Shown: in pieces, positions 30,446 through 38,754 of the stretch
Layout of the letters: every line of letters starts with the position of its first letter
How positions within the stretch are numbered: the first letter of the stretch is position 1
DNA from: an uncultured archaeon
GTDB taxonomy: Archaea > Asgardarchaeota > Lokiarchaeia > Sigyniarchaeales > SOKP01
Assembly: GCA_964486045.1 (NCBI GenBank)
Contig: CAZALK010000015.1
Location: forward strand, 32,001 to 96,000
Length of the DNA: 64,000 nucleotides
Reading direction: 5' to 3'
Made by a program: the position numbers and the translations under genes
The notes under the pieces: generated by a model
What the model was told of the DNA's origin: nothing
Seen by the model: the letters and a program-made list of their open reading frames with translations, nothing else
Databases searched by the model: none

Positions 30446-31423
30446 ATGACAGACAATCAAAAAATAAATGATAAAGCTCAAGAAGAAAAAGGAAAGGAAG
30501 AGCTAGAAAAGGAAGAAGAAGAAAAAATTAAAATTGAGTCACTAAGAAAAGCAGGGAAAATAGCAAAAGAAGTTAAAGCGTATATAACACCAAAAATTAA
30601 TGTAGGTACTAAAGTTTTAGATATAGTTTCTATAACTGAAACTAAAATTGAAGAGCTAAATGGATTATGTGCATTTCCAGTAAATTTTTGTATCAACAAT
30701 ATTGCAGCACATTATACTTCTCCCTTAAAGGATGATGGTTTATTAATCGAAGAAGCAGATATAGTTAAAATTGATTTAGGAGTTCATGTAGAAGGTTATA
30801 TTGTTGATACTGCTTTTACTATTAATTTCAATGAGGATTCCTCACTTGAAAATTTAATCCAAGCCACTGAGGTAGCACTTGATGCTGCAAAAATGATTGT
30901 AAAACCAAAAGCGAATACAAAAGAAATAGGGCAGAAAATTGAAAGTATTGTAAAGGGATTCAACTACAACCCAATAAAAGAGCTAGGTGGCCATCAAATT
31001 GAGAGATGGACAGTTCATGGGAAAAAGCGATTACCTGAATTGGGCTCTCAGGGAGGTGATATAATGGACGAAGGAGAAGTGTTTTCAATAGAAATATTTG
31101 CAAGCACAGGTGAAGGATCAGTTCATAATACCCAACATTCACATATTTATGAGTTAAACCCGTATTCAGGAAGAGTTCCTTTGCGTAGAAAAACTTCTAA
31201 GCAGCTCTTAGGTTTCATAAATAAAAATTATAAATCTTTACCATTTGCCGAAAGATGGTTAGCAAAAGAATTTAAGCTGGGAGTTGCATTTGGGTTGCAA
31301 GAATTAGTACAACAAGGGAAATTACAAGCACACTTCGTACTTTCAGAAAAGAAAGGAGCCTATGTAGCACAGGTAGAGGAAACTATTTTGGTTACTGAAG
31401 ATGGATTTGAACAATTAACTTAA
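30446..31423 (+). CDS. map: Methionine aminopeptidase type II
   Basis: AFPVN, AAHYT, KIDLGVHVEGYIVDTAFT, LGGHQI, SIEIFASTG, VAQVEETI; contains the type II helical insert. Confidence 0.95.
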   Translation: MTDNQKINDKAQEEKGKEELEKEEEEKIKIESLRKAGKIAKEVKAYITPKINVGTKVLDIVSITETKIEELNGLCAFPVNFCINNIAAHYTSPLKDDGLLIEEADIVKIDLGVHVEGYIVDTAFTINFNEDSSLENLIQATEVALDAAKMIVKPKANTKEIGQKIESIVKGFNYNPIKELGGHQIERWTVHGKKRLPELGSQGGDIMDEGEVFSIEIFASTGEGSVHNTQHSHIYELNPYSGRVPLRRKTSKQLLGFINKNYKSLPFAERWLAKEFKLGVAFGLQELVQQGKLQAHFVLSEKKGAYVAQVEETILVTEDGFEQLT

Positions 31424-31465
31424 AATCATTGTTACCATTTCTAAAAAGATATTTAAAATATTTCA

Positions 31466-32566
31466 ATGAAAAAACTCAAAATTTGTCTTATTTCTTTGAA
31501 AATCGCCCCAGACCAAGAGCGTTCTGGTTTTGAGGGGATTTTTGATTATTTAAAGAAACAGAATCATGATGTTATATTAATTACTGGTAAATGGAATATT
31601 AAGATTGATGATACAAGAGTAATACAATTCGATTTATTAAAAAGACGTTTTACTTGGATGCCTCAATTTATAGTTAAAGTTGCCAAGTATCTTCGAAGTA
31701 ATAAATTTGACATTATTCATGGAAATGGTCCTAGAGGAACACTACCTATTCTTTTTTCAAATGAAAAGAGATTCATATCAACGATTCATGATTTAGGTCC
31801 TTTTGAAACAAAATTTACAACAATTCCTGTGGAGAAATATCTAATAAAATATATTATTAGCAAAGCAACTTACATTACAACCGTATCCAATTATTCCAAG
31901 AATGCAATTAAACACTATATTCAAAAGGCTAATTTAAACAAAATTAAAGTGATTTATAACGGTATTGGAAATTGGTTTAAACCTTACCCAAATAAAGCTC
32001 AGGAATTAAAAGAAAATTTAAACATAAAAGGCCGGGTGATGTTGACTTTTGGACGGATTACTAGCTATAAAGGTGTCAACGATATAATAGCGGCTTATAA
32101 ATTAGCCAAAAGAAAGATCCCAGATCTTAATTTAATCATTGGTGGGGCTCCGGATTTTAAAATGATAAATATTTATAACAAATGGAGAGTTTATTATAAA
32201 GACATTAAATTTTTAGGCTTTGTACCTGAAAAATCAGTTCCGGCTTATTATACAATGGCGGATATATTAGTGCAATATTCACATGGTGCTGAAGGATTTG
32301 GCAATACTCAACTAGAAGCACTTGCTTGTGGGACTCCTGTTATAAGTTCATCATTAAAAGTCTATCGTGAAATTTTGCAAGATAATGCAATCTTTATTCC
32401 TCCTAAAAGACCCCAATTACTTGCTGAAGCAATTACCAAACTTATTAAAGATGGTACTCTAAGGGAAAGTTTGATTAAAAAAGGACAGGAGTTTGTAAAA
32501 AGATATTCCTGGGATGCTGTAGGTAAAAGGTTAGAAAAAATTTATCAAAAGTTTTTACAAAAATAA
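31466..32566 (+). CDS. Glycosyltransferase family 4
   Basis: GT-B; 'STIHDL', 'VIYNGI', 'GRITSYKG', 'EGFGNTQLEALACGTPVI'. Confidence 0.92.
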   Translation: MKKLKICLISLKIAPDQERSGFEGIFDYLKKQNHDVILITGKWNIKIDDTRVIQFDLLKRRFTWMPQFIVKVAKYLRSNKFDIIHGNGPRGTLPILFSNEKRFISTIHDLGPFETKFTTIPVEKYLIKYIISKATYITTVSNYSKNAIKHYIQKANLNKIKVIYNGIGNWFKPYPNKAQELKENLNIKGRVMLTFGRITSYKGVNDIIAAYKLAKRKIPDLNLIIGGAPDFKMINIYNKWRVYYKDIKFLGFVPEKSVPAYYTMADILVQYSHGAEGFGNTQLEALACGTPVISSSLKVYREILQDNAIFIPPKRPQLLAEAITKLIKDGTLRESLIKKGQEFVKRYSWDAVGKRLEKIYQKFLQK

Positions 32567-32606
32567 ATTCTTTACTAATATCTTATGATTTTAGAAAAAA
32601 ACATAC

Positions 32607-33716
32607 TCAAACTCCATTCAATTTATTTCTTACGTAGTTAAAGCAAATTTCAATAGGATTTTCAAATTTTCTTATTTTCTCTCTAAAAGGACCAACTTGA
32701 AATCTCTCTGCTGATGGACCCTTATTGAGTATTTCAATTGCACTTTCAATTAATTTATCTGTTTTTCTAATATGTTTTAATGGGAATCCATTCTTCATCA
32801 AAAAATTCTCTTGAGGCGCTGAATCACCAGGAAAGAACTCTATACTAGGAACATTCAAAAGACTCGATTCTCTTACAATCGTCCCTCCTCCGCTAATGAC
32901 TAGTGCCCCATAAAAACATAAATCCACGATATTCGGTAAATATTGAGTGACCCGAATATTTTTACTTTTCTTTAAATCTTTTAATTTTTTTAATAGGAAT
33001 TGTTCTTGTTTATCAGAGCGAACTAAGAGTAGATATGTATGATTCGGAAATTGTTTATAAATTCCCGGAAGGAATTCACTTATCATTGTTTCTTCGGGTT
33101 TAAGTTTATCAATAAAATAACTAGCATGAACAGGCTCACTTCTTATCAAAACAAAATTTCCCTTCTTTAAGCCAAATTTATCAAGAATGTTCGAGTCGGG
33201 TTTATACTCTGAGAGCCAAGCAATTTCATCTAGACCATTATACCGTATTATTTTTTCGATGTCAGCGTGGAGTCGTATATACCATTCAATAGGAATACAT
33301 TCCGGGGTTATGATATTTTCAATAAATGGGTGAAATAATTTACAAACGGGTTCATTTCGTGGTTCATCATTAATCCCAATTGAAGGAATTTGTAGCCCAT
33401 AAGCAATTCTAGTACCTTCTAATGATAAAAATGTTGCAAAATATTCTGGTGAAAATTTTTTTACAATTGGAAAAAGAGCTTTTAAGCGATTTACATATGT
33501 TTCTAATTTATCTTCTAATTTCTCTCCACCATGTTTACCAATCTTTTTATAATCAACACTCTTATCATCTAAAATTTGATACGTTGATTCATAATCTCGT
33601 GCTGTTATAAGAAGATTCGATTCTTCGTTTTCAAATCTTTTAATTAGCGAATGAAGCATGATAGCAGTTTTCGGTTGCTCGATGTCTATCCAAATCCTCT
33701 TGTTTTTAAGAATCAT
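32607..33716 (-). CDS. DUF354 family (GT-B-like) protein
   Basis: 'RIWIDI...LLITARDY...IGKHGG', 'RIAYGLQIPSI..NDEP', 'ISGGGTIVRESSLLNVPSI'. Confidence 0.8.
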   Translation of the reverse strand: MILKNKRIWIDIEQPKTAIMLHSLIKRFENEESNLLITARDYESTYQILDDKSVDYKKIGKHGGEKLEDKLETYVNRLKALFPIVKKFSPEYFATFLSLEGTRIAYGLQIPSIGINDEPRNEPVCKLFHPFIENIITPECIPIEWYIRLHADIEKIIRYNGLDEIAWLSEYKPDSNILDKFGLKKGNFVLIRSEPVHASYFIDKLKPEETMISEFLPGIYKQFPNHTYLLLVRSDKQEQFLLKKLKDLKKSKNIRVTQYLPNIVDLCFYGALVISGGGTIVRESSLLNVPSIEFFPGDSAPQENFLMKNGFPLKHIRKTDKLIESAIEILNKGPSAERFQVGPFREKIRKFENPIEICFNYVRNKLNGV

Positions 33717-33842
33717 TGTTCGATCAAAAAACTCATCATAATTATTGCGTTTATAAGTAAAACTAAGTTATTTTTTAGAAATTTTGACGGTTTATAGTGT
33801 TTTCTATAATTATGTGTTTTTATTCTTATAAGCAACCAAACT

Positions 33843-34136
33843 TCATTTCCCACAAATACATGGATTGGATTCGCATTTTAAACACATATTGGGATACTTT
33901 TTGAATAAGGAATATTCGAGGTCAATGTCTAATAGGTTTGCTAAGGAAGTTGTCCAAGCAATAATATCTGCTAATTCTTCTGAGACTTTACTCGTTTTAA
34001 TTTCTTGATTCTTTAAAATATGTGCTAATTCTCCTATTTCTTCTATTAACCAGGTAAATGTTTTCTGTACTCCTCTTTTTTGATCCCGTTCAATATAAAG
34101 GTTCTTAATCAGTTTCTGAAATTCGGATATTTTCAT
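33843..34136 (-). CDS. MazG-like nucleotide pyrophosphohydrolase
   Basis: WLIEEIGELA...EELADIIAWTTSLANL; C-terminal CxxC..PCxC. Confidence 0.88.
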   Translation of the reverse strand: MKISEFQKLIKNLYIERDQKRGVQKTFTWLIEEIGELAHILKNQEIKTSKVSEELADIIAWTTSLANLLDIDLEYSLFKKYPNMCLKCESNPCICGK

Positions 34137-34181
34137 TTAAGATGAGCAAGAATGTAAATTAATGTTGAATATTAATTCTGA

Positions 34182-34418
34182 TTAGCCCCCACCTGGTGTA
34201 AAAAGCCAGTTAAAAACTCCCACATGCGCTAAGATTACGAGCATAATTAAAGTAACCGATAAGATAATTGTGCTTATTGGTCCGACCTTAATACCAATTG
34301 AACTATCTTCAAAGAATCTCATTAATCCTGCTCCACCCATAGGCATAGGAGCATTTCCACTTCTTCTTTTCTTACGTCTAGATTGAGTACGACTAGTTGA
34401 CATTGCAAATATAGTCAA
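34182..34418 (-). CDS. Preprotein translocase subunit Sec61beta
   Basis: 'GAGLMRFFED..GIKVGP' followed by a single TM ending 'LAH'. Confidence 0.9.
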   Translation of the reverse strand: MTIFAMSTSRTQSRRKKRRSGNAPMPMGGAGLMRFFEDSSIGIKVGPISTIILSVTLIMLVILAHVGVFNWLFTPGGG

Positions 34419-34556
34419 TATTTGTTTAGTATTATAATATGCATAAATACTTAAAAAAATATAAAACTATATCTAAAAGTTTTAAATTTATCTTTTAATA
34501 AATTTTTATATCTTGTATTCATTTTTTTTAGATAATTCTATAAAGTTTAAATAATC

Positions 34557-36401
34557 ATGAAAAGAAAAATCTCTGCATTAATTTCAATTTGTTTTTTATT
34601 ATCCATAATTTATGTTTCATTTATTTCGATACCCTCTGAATCACTTAATATTAGACAGGATGATATAAAACATCCAAATTTAGCAGCTAGCCTAGAAGAT
34701 GCAGAAAATATTGTGATAACAGACATGGTTAGAAGGGTAAACATAAGCGGTTACGGATTAGTGATATTTGAAGATTACCTATCAATTAAAAACTTAAACA
34801 ACAATCCAATAAATTCAATCTTAATAGGAATTCCAATTGCTCAGACAGATGATTTAATTTTTCTTGAGGCCACTGGAATTAGTCAGAATACCTTGTTTAT
34901 TGAACGCTTAGATATGATAATGAAAGACTATGAGATGTATGCAATATACTTTGATTCTCCATTATTGCCACACCAAACAAAATCAATTTACTTTATACAC
35001 CAATATAAGAATCTTTTATCGTACTTCCAATTTGAAAATCAGTTTATTGAGTTTACCGGTTTTGTTTACCCAATCTTACCATACAGATCAGAGGGAGAAA
35101 TAAATGCCCATTTTTTCGTACCAGATGGTTCTAGTGAAATAGAAGGTGGTTGGGGTCTTGAATTTACTGACGAACACTTTATATTATATGGTATCGCCAC
35201 TGTGAAAGAGTTGATAGGGGAATCTATTCTTGAACCCTTTTTGGAAAATTTGCACAATCTTAAAACAATTATTATCAATTTTACTCATGACCAAACATCG
35301 AAAATGGAAGTAAAAGAAGTTAACCGTGAAATATTCATCTCCCCATGGGGAATAATTCGAGTAAACGAAGAACTTACAATAGAAAACTTAGGATTACTAA
35401 CAACAAGTTCTATAACTGTAAACTTACCTCATGACGCTAAAGAAATATACGTGTCAGATGATATAGGAGAAATAATGGGAGTTAGAATTAGGTCTTTAGG
35501 GAGCTCAAATTCTAAGCAAGTAATAATTGATTTATCTGTAAATCGTGTAGTAATGTTACCTAATTCGAAGTATCGATTTAAGATTAGGTATTTTTTACCA
35601 TTTGAGGAGTACGCTTCAATAAATTGGTTTCATGAATCAATTAAAGTTGATCTCTACTCCACATACTACGAATTTTTGAGTAACCAACAATCTATTAAAA
35701 TCATTATAGAGGGATGTTTTAATGTTGATTACATTACAGAAGCTCCTGAAGCTATAAATAGAGCTCATGGTACTACTACGTTGGTTTATTCTTCTAGCAC
35801 CGTTAGTCCCAAGGAAAAAAGAATTATACAGTTCACCTTTAGCATTAATTATTTTGACTTACTTCTAAGACCTATTCTTATAATACTCACAATCTCTCTA
35901 ATATTATCGATCTATGTACTTACAATTAAAACAAGAAAGAAATATTATGGCGTACCAATATTAAACAGGGAATTTATCCCTTTGAACGAAATTCGAGAAT
36001 TTTGTGCTTTATATGAAGAAAAAAATGCACTAATATTAGAAATAAGACAAGCTGAAGAAGATGCTAAAAAGAAGAAAATTGCTAAGAAGAATTTAAAAAA
36101 TATTTTAAATAAAAATACTTCAAAAGTAGATGAAATTCAAAATGAAATAATCCCATTTAAGAGAATTTTAATGGAACCTGGTAAAGTTTTTAGAACTGTA
36201 GTAGAAAGGTTGGATCTTTTAGAAGCTGAGAGAATTAGTATCAAAGACAGCTTAAATCTTTTAGAATCTCGGTATAAACGAGGAAGATTACCTTCAAGAG
36301 CAGCTTTTAGGAAGTTATCAGAAGATTTCAAGAAAAAACGAAAGAAAATTGATAGGAGCATAGACAAATACTTGCAGCAATTAAGAAGTTATCTTATTTA
36401 A
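34557..36401 (+). CDS. Ribophorin I (OST1)-like protein
   Basis: Signal peptide; two homologous luminal domains ('RRVNISGYGLVIFEDYLSIKN', 'REIFISPWGIIRVNEELTIEN'); TM; cytoplasmic coiled coil. This matches RPN1 architecture. Confidence 0.75.
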   Translation: MKRKISALISICFLLSIIYVSFISIPSESLNIRQDDIKHPNLAASLEDAENIVITDMVRRVNISGYGLVIFEDYLSIKNLNNNPINSILIGIPIAQTDDLIFLEATGISQNTLFIERLDMIMKDYEMYAIYFDSPLLPHQTKSIYFIHQYKNLLSYFQFENQFIEFTGFVYPILPYRSEGEINAHFFVPDGSSEIEGGWGLEFTDEHFILYGIATVKELIGESILEPFLENLHNLKTIIINFTHDQTSKMEVKEVNREIFISPWGIIRVNEELTIENLGLLTTSSITVNLPHDAKEIYVSDDIGEIMGVRIRSLGSSNSKQVIIDLSVNRVVMLPNSKYRFKIRYFLPFEEYASINWFHESIKVDLYSTYYEFLSNQQSIKIIIEGCFNVDYITEAPEAINRAHGTTTLVYSSSTVSPKEKRIIQFTFSINYFDLLLRPILIILTISLILSIYVLTIKTRKKYYGVPILNREFIPLNEIREFCALYEEKNALILEIRQAEEDAKKKKIAKKNLKNILNKNTSKVDEIQNEIIPFKRILMEPGKVFRTVVERLDLLEAERISIKDSLNLLESRYKRGRLPSRAAFRKLSEDFKKKRKKIDRSIDKYLQQLRSYLI

Positions 36402-36421
36402 AATATTATTTTTTAATTTAT

Positions 36422-37054
36422 GTGAAATCTATGAAACCTTGGTTATTTGACATATTAGCCTGCCCAATTGACAAGTATTTTCCATTGCAATTATATATCT
36501 TTTCTTTTGAGACTAAAGAAATAGATTTTCGTACTTTCATCGAAATTTATCAGAAAAGAAACATCGATTTTGATAAAAAAGAGGAAATAATAGAGGTTTA
36601 TAGAGAAGATGAAACAATTTTCATAAAAGATAATGTTATTATAGAAAGAACTGAACTTAAAGACTATATTAATCTTGTTATTTTGAGTATAAAAGAATTA
36701 GATAATATTTTCGATAGAACCTCCAATAAACTTAGCAAAAAATGTTTTGAAATTTTGAAATCAAAAATAAAGCTTAAAATTTTAGAATTTTCTGAAAAAA
36801 TGAATCCTAACCAACTTGAAGATATATTACCCGAGTTGTATTTCTTAAATAAAATAAAAATGGAAACTGAAATTGAATCTGGATTATTATTCTGCAAAAA
36901 ATGCTATCGCTGGTATCCAATTATCGAAACCATACCGCAAATGCTCCCTGATGAGTATAGAAATAAGGAAAAAGAAATTGAATTCTTAAAAATCAATAAA
37001 AATTTATTAGATGAAAAATTTTTAAATCAAGATCTTAAACCATTTAATTTATAA
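36422..37054 (+). CDS. Trm112-like methyltransferase activator with long helical insert
   Basis: 'LFDILACPIDK..PLQL' ... 'EIESGLLFCKKCYRWYPIIETIPQMLPDE'. Confidence 0.85.
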   Translation: MKSMKPWLFDILACPIDKYFPLQLYIFSFETKEIDFRTFIEIYQKRNIDFDKKEEIIEVYREDETIFIKDNVIIERTELKDYINLVILSIKELDNIFDRTSNKLSKKCFEILKSKIKLKILEFSEKMNPNQLEDILPELYFLNKIKMETEIESGLLFCKKCYRWYPIIETIPQMLPDEYRNKEKEIEFLKINKNLLDEKFLNQDLKPFNL

Positions 37055-37070
37055 TTCAAGATCTAAAAAG

Positions 37071-37172
37071 AGCCCGGTGGTGTAGTGGCCAAGCATTTGG
37101 GGCCTTGAACCCCGCGACCACGGTTCGAGTATTAATAAGTTTGCTTGTTAATTGAAAATCCGTGCCGGGCTA
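37071..37172 (+). tRNA. tRNA-Gln(UUG) with 29-nt T-loop intron (37130-37158)
   Basis: Acceptor stem AGCCCGG/CCGGGCT (A1-U72, as in archaeal Gln), D stem GTGT/GCAT, anticodon stem TGGGG/CCCCG with TTG at 37105-37107, T stem CACGG/CCGTG interrupted by a BHB intron. CCA is not encoded. Confidence 0.9.
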
Positions 37173-37330
37173 TTTTTATATAAAAAAAGGTCAAAGAAAT
37201 AAAGATATGAATTTATTTCTTTTAAAATTTGATTTTAATGTATCAGAAAAAAAATAGTAAAAATTAATCCATTATAAGAGAATATAACTAAAATAAATTT
37301 AATCATTAAATATTAAAAGATTTCAAAAAA

Positions 37331-38695
37331 ATGTATCCTCTCACGCAATTAAATTGGGGCTTTTTAGAAATATTCTATTTAGTAATTATCTTTTTAGTAG
37401 GTTTTTTGGTAACTTATATAATTCTCCCTTATGTTATTGAATTTATGAAAAAGAAAGAGTATGTAGGCTATGATATACATAAAAATTCTCGACCTAAGGT
37501 AGCCGAATCTGGCGGACTTGTTTTAATTATAGGTTTCACAGCTGCTTCAATTTTTTTAATGTTATTTTTTCAAAGATTTCTTAATGAAATCATCATTTTT
37601 CTTTTAACTGTTATTATCGCTGGAGCTATAGGGTTTATTGACGACCGAAAAAAATTGAGATCACGATATAAAATTACTCTCTCGATTTTCTCTGGAAGTG
37701 CACTTTTTTTCGCAAATATCTTTGGTTTTATAACTATTTCTTCCCCAACAATCCCTTTTCTTGATAAGACCAGGTTAACCGTTATTTACCCACTTATAAT
37801 TCCTCTAATTATCGCCGTCTTTACAAATACAGTAAATATGTTAGAAGGTTATAATGGAGAAGGTGCTGGAACTTGTTTAATCGCAGTTAGCGCTCTATTT
37901 ATATGTGGTATAATCTGGAATTCTGCTGAGGCTGTGATTTTTACTATCCCTGTAATTGCGGTGCTTATCCCATTTTTTATATATAATAAATTTCCTGCCA
38001 AAGTTTTCCCTGGAGATATAGGAACATTAAGTATGGGGGCAATGATTGCATCTATTATGTTTTTTGGTTCACTTGAAGTTGCTACATTTGTCGCACTTTT
38101 AACTCATATTTTTAATAGTTTTTATGTTATCTATTCTGCACGAGGATTTTTTGAAAGTAGTGATATTCATGAGGATAAGAGTGATATTATTTTGCTAAAA
38201 GATGATCGAATTAAGGCTTCAAGTCAAAAAGATGCGGCATTAACTTTACCTCGATTGATTTTAGCTAGAGGTCCATTAACAGAACCAGAGTTAGTAAAAA
38301 ATTTCTTTGCTATCTCAGTAATCTCTGGATTCTTTTCTATTTTCTCAGTTATTATTTTACAAGTTTCTATAGGAAATTTCGAACTGATATCTCTCATTAT
38401 ATCATTAAGCATACTTATACCTCCTACTGGTTTTATATTATATAAATTTCCCAGAATCAGAGGAATAATTGTGCTAATGATCATTTTATTGGTATCTGTT
38501 GCAATATTCCTAGTAATTGTACAAACTTTAATTATGCCTTTGCCTATTGAAGATATTACATTCGGGATAATAATAATTCCCATCAATCTTTTAATATCTA
38601 TTCTCTTAATTGTTCCAGGATTACTGATTTGGTATTTTTTTACTATTAAATATTTTTGGTCAGTAATTAAGAAAATGAAAAGGAAAAACAATTAG
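37331..38695 (+). CDS. UDP-GlcNAc:dolichyl-phosphate GlcNAc-1-phosphotransferase (AglH/Alg7/MraY family)
   Basis: 'DIHK...VAESGG', 'GFIDD', 'NTVNMLEGYNG', 'PAKVFPGDIGT'; multi-TM. Confidence 0.88.
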   Translation: MYPLTQLNWGFLEIFYLVIIFLVGFLVTYIILPYVIEFMKKKEYVGYDIHKNSRPKVAESGGLVLIIGFTAASIFLMLFFQRFLNEIIIFLLTVIIAGAIGFIDDRKKLRSRYKITLSIFSGSALFFANIFGFITISSPTIPFLDKTRLTVIYPLIIPLIIAVFTNTVNMLEGYNGEGAGTCLIAVSALFICGIIWNSAEAVIFTIPVIAVLIPFFIYNKFPAKVFPGDIGTLSMGAMIASIMFFGSLEVATFVALLTHIFNSFYVIYSARGFFESSDIHEDKSDIILLKDDRIKASSQKDAALTLPRLILARGPLTEPELVKNFFAISVISGFFSIFSVIILQVSIGNFELISLIISLSILIPPTGFILYKFPRIRGIIVLMIILLVSVAIFLVIVQTLIMPLPIEDITFGIIIIPINLLISILLIVPGLLIWYFFTIKYFWSVIKKMKRKNN

Positions 38696-38754
38696 AAATA
38701 AAAAAAACAGAATTTCATTTTTTTTTCCAAGAAATCTAAAGAATTAAATTTATT

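Noticed and set aside
37173-37330. Integrated element at the tRNA 3' end
   Set aside because: No duplicate of the tRNA 3' end and no integrase were seen; the flanking genes are housekeeping.
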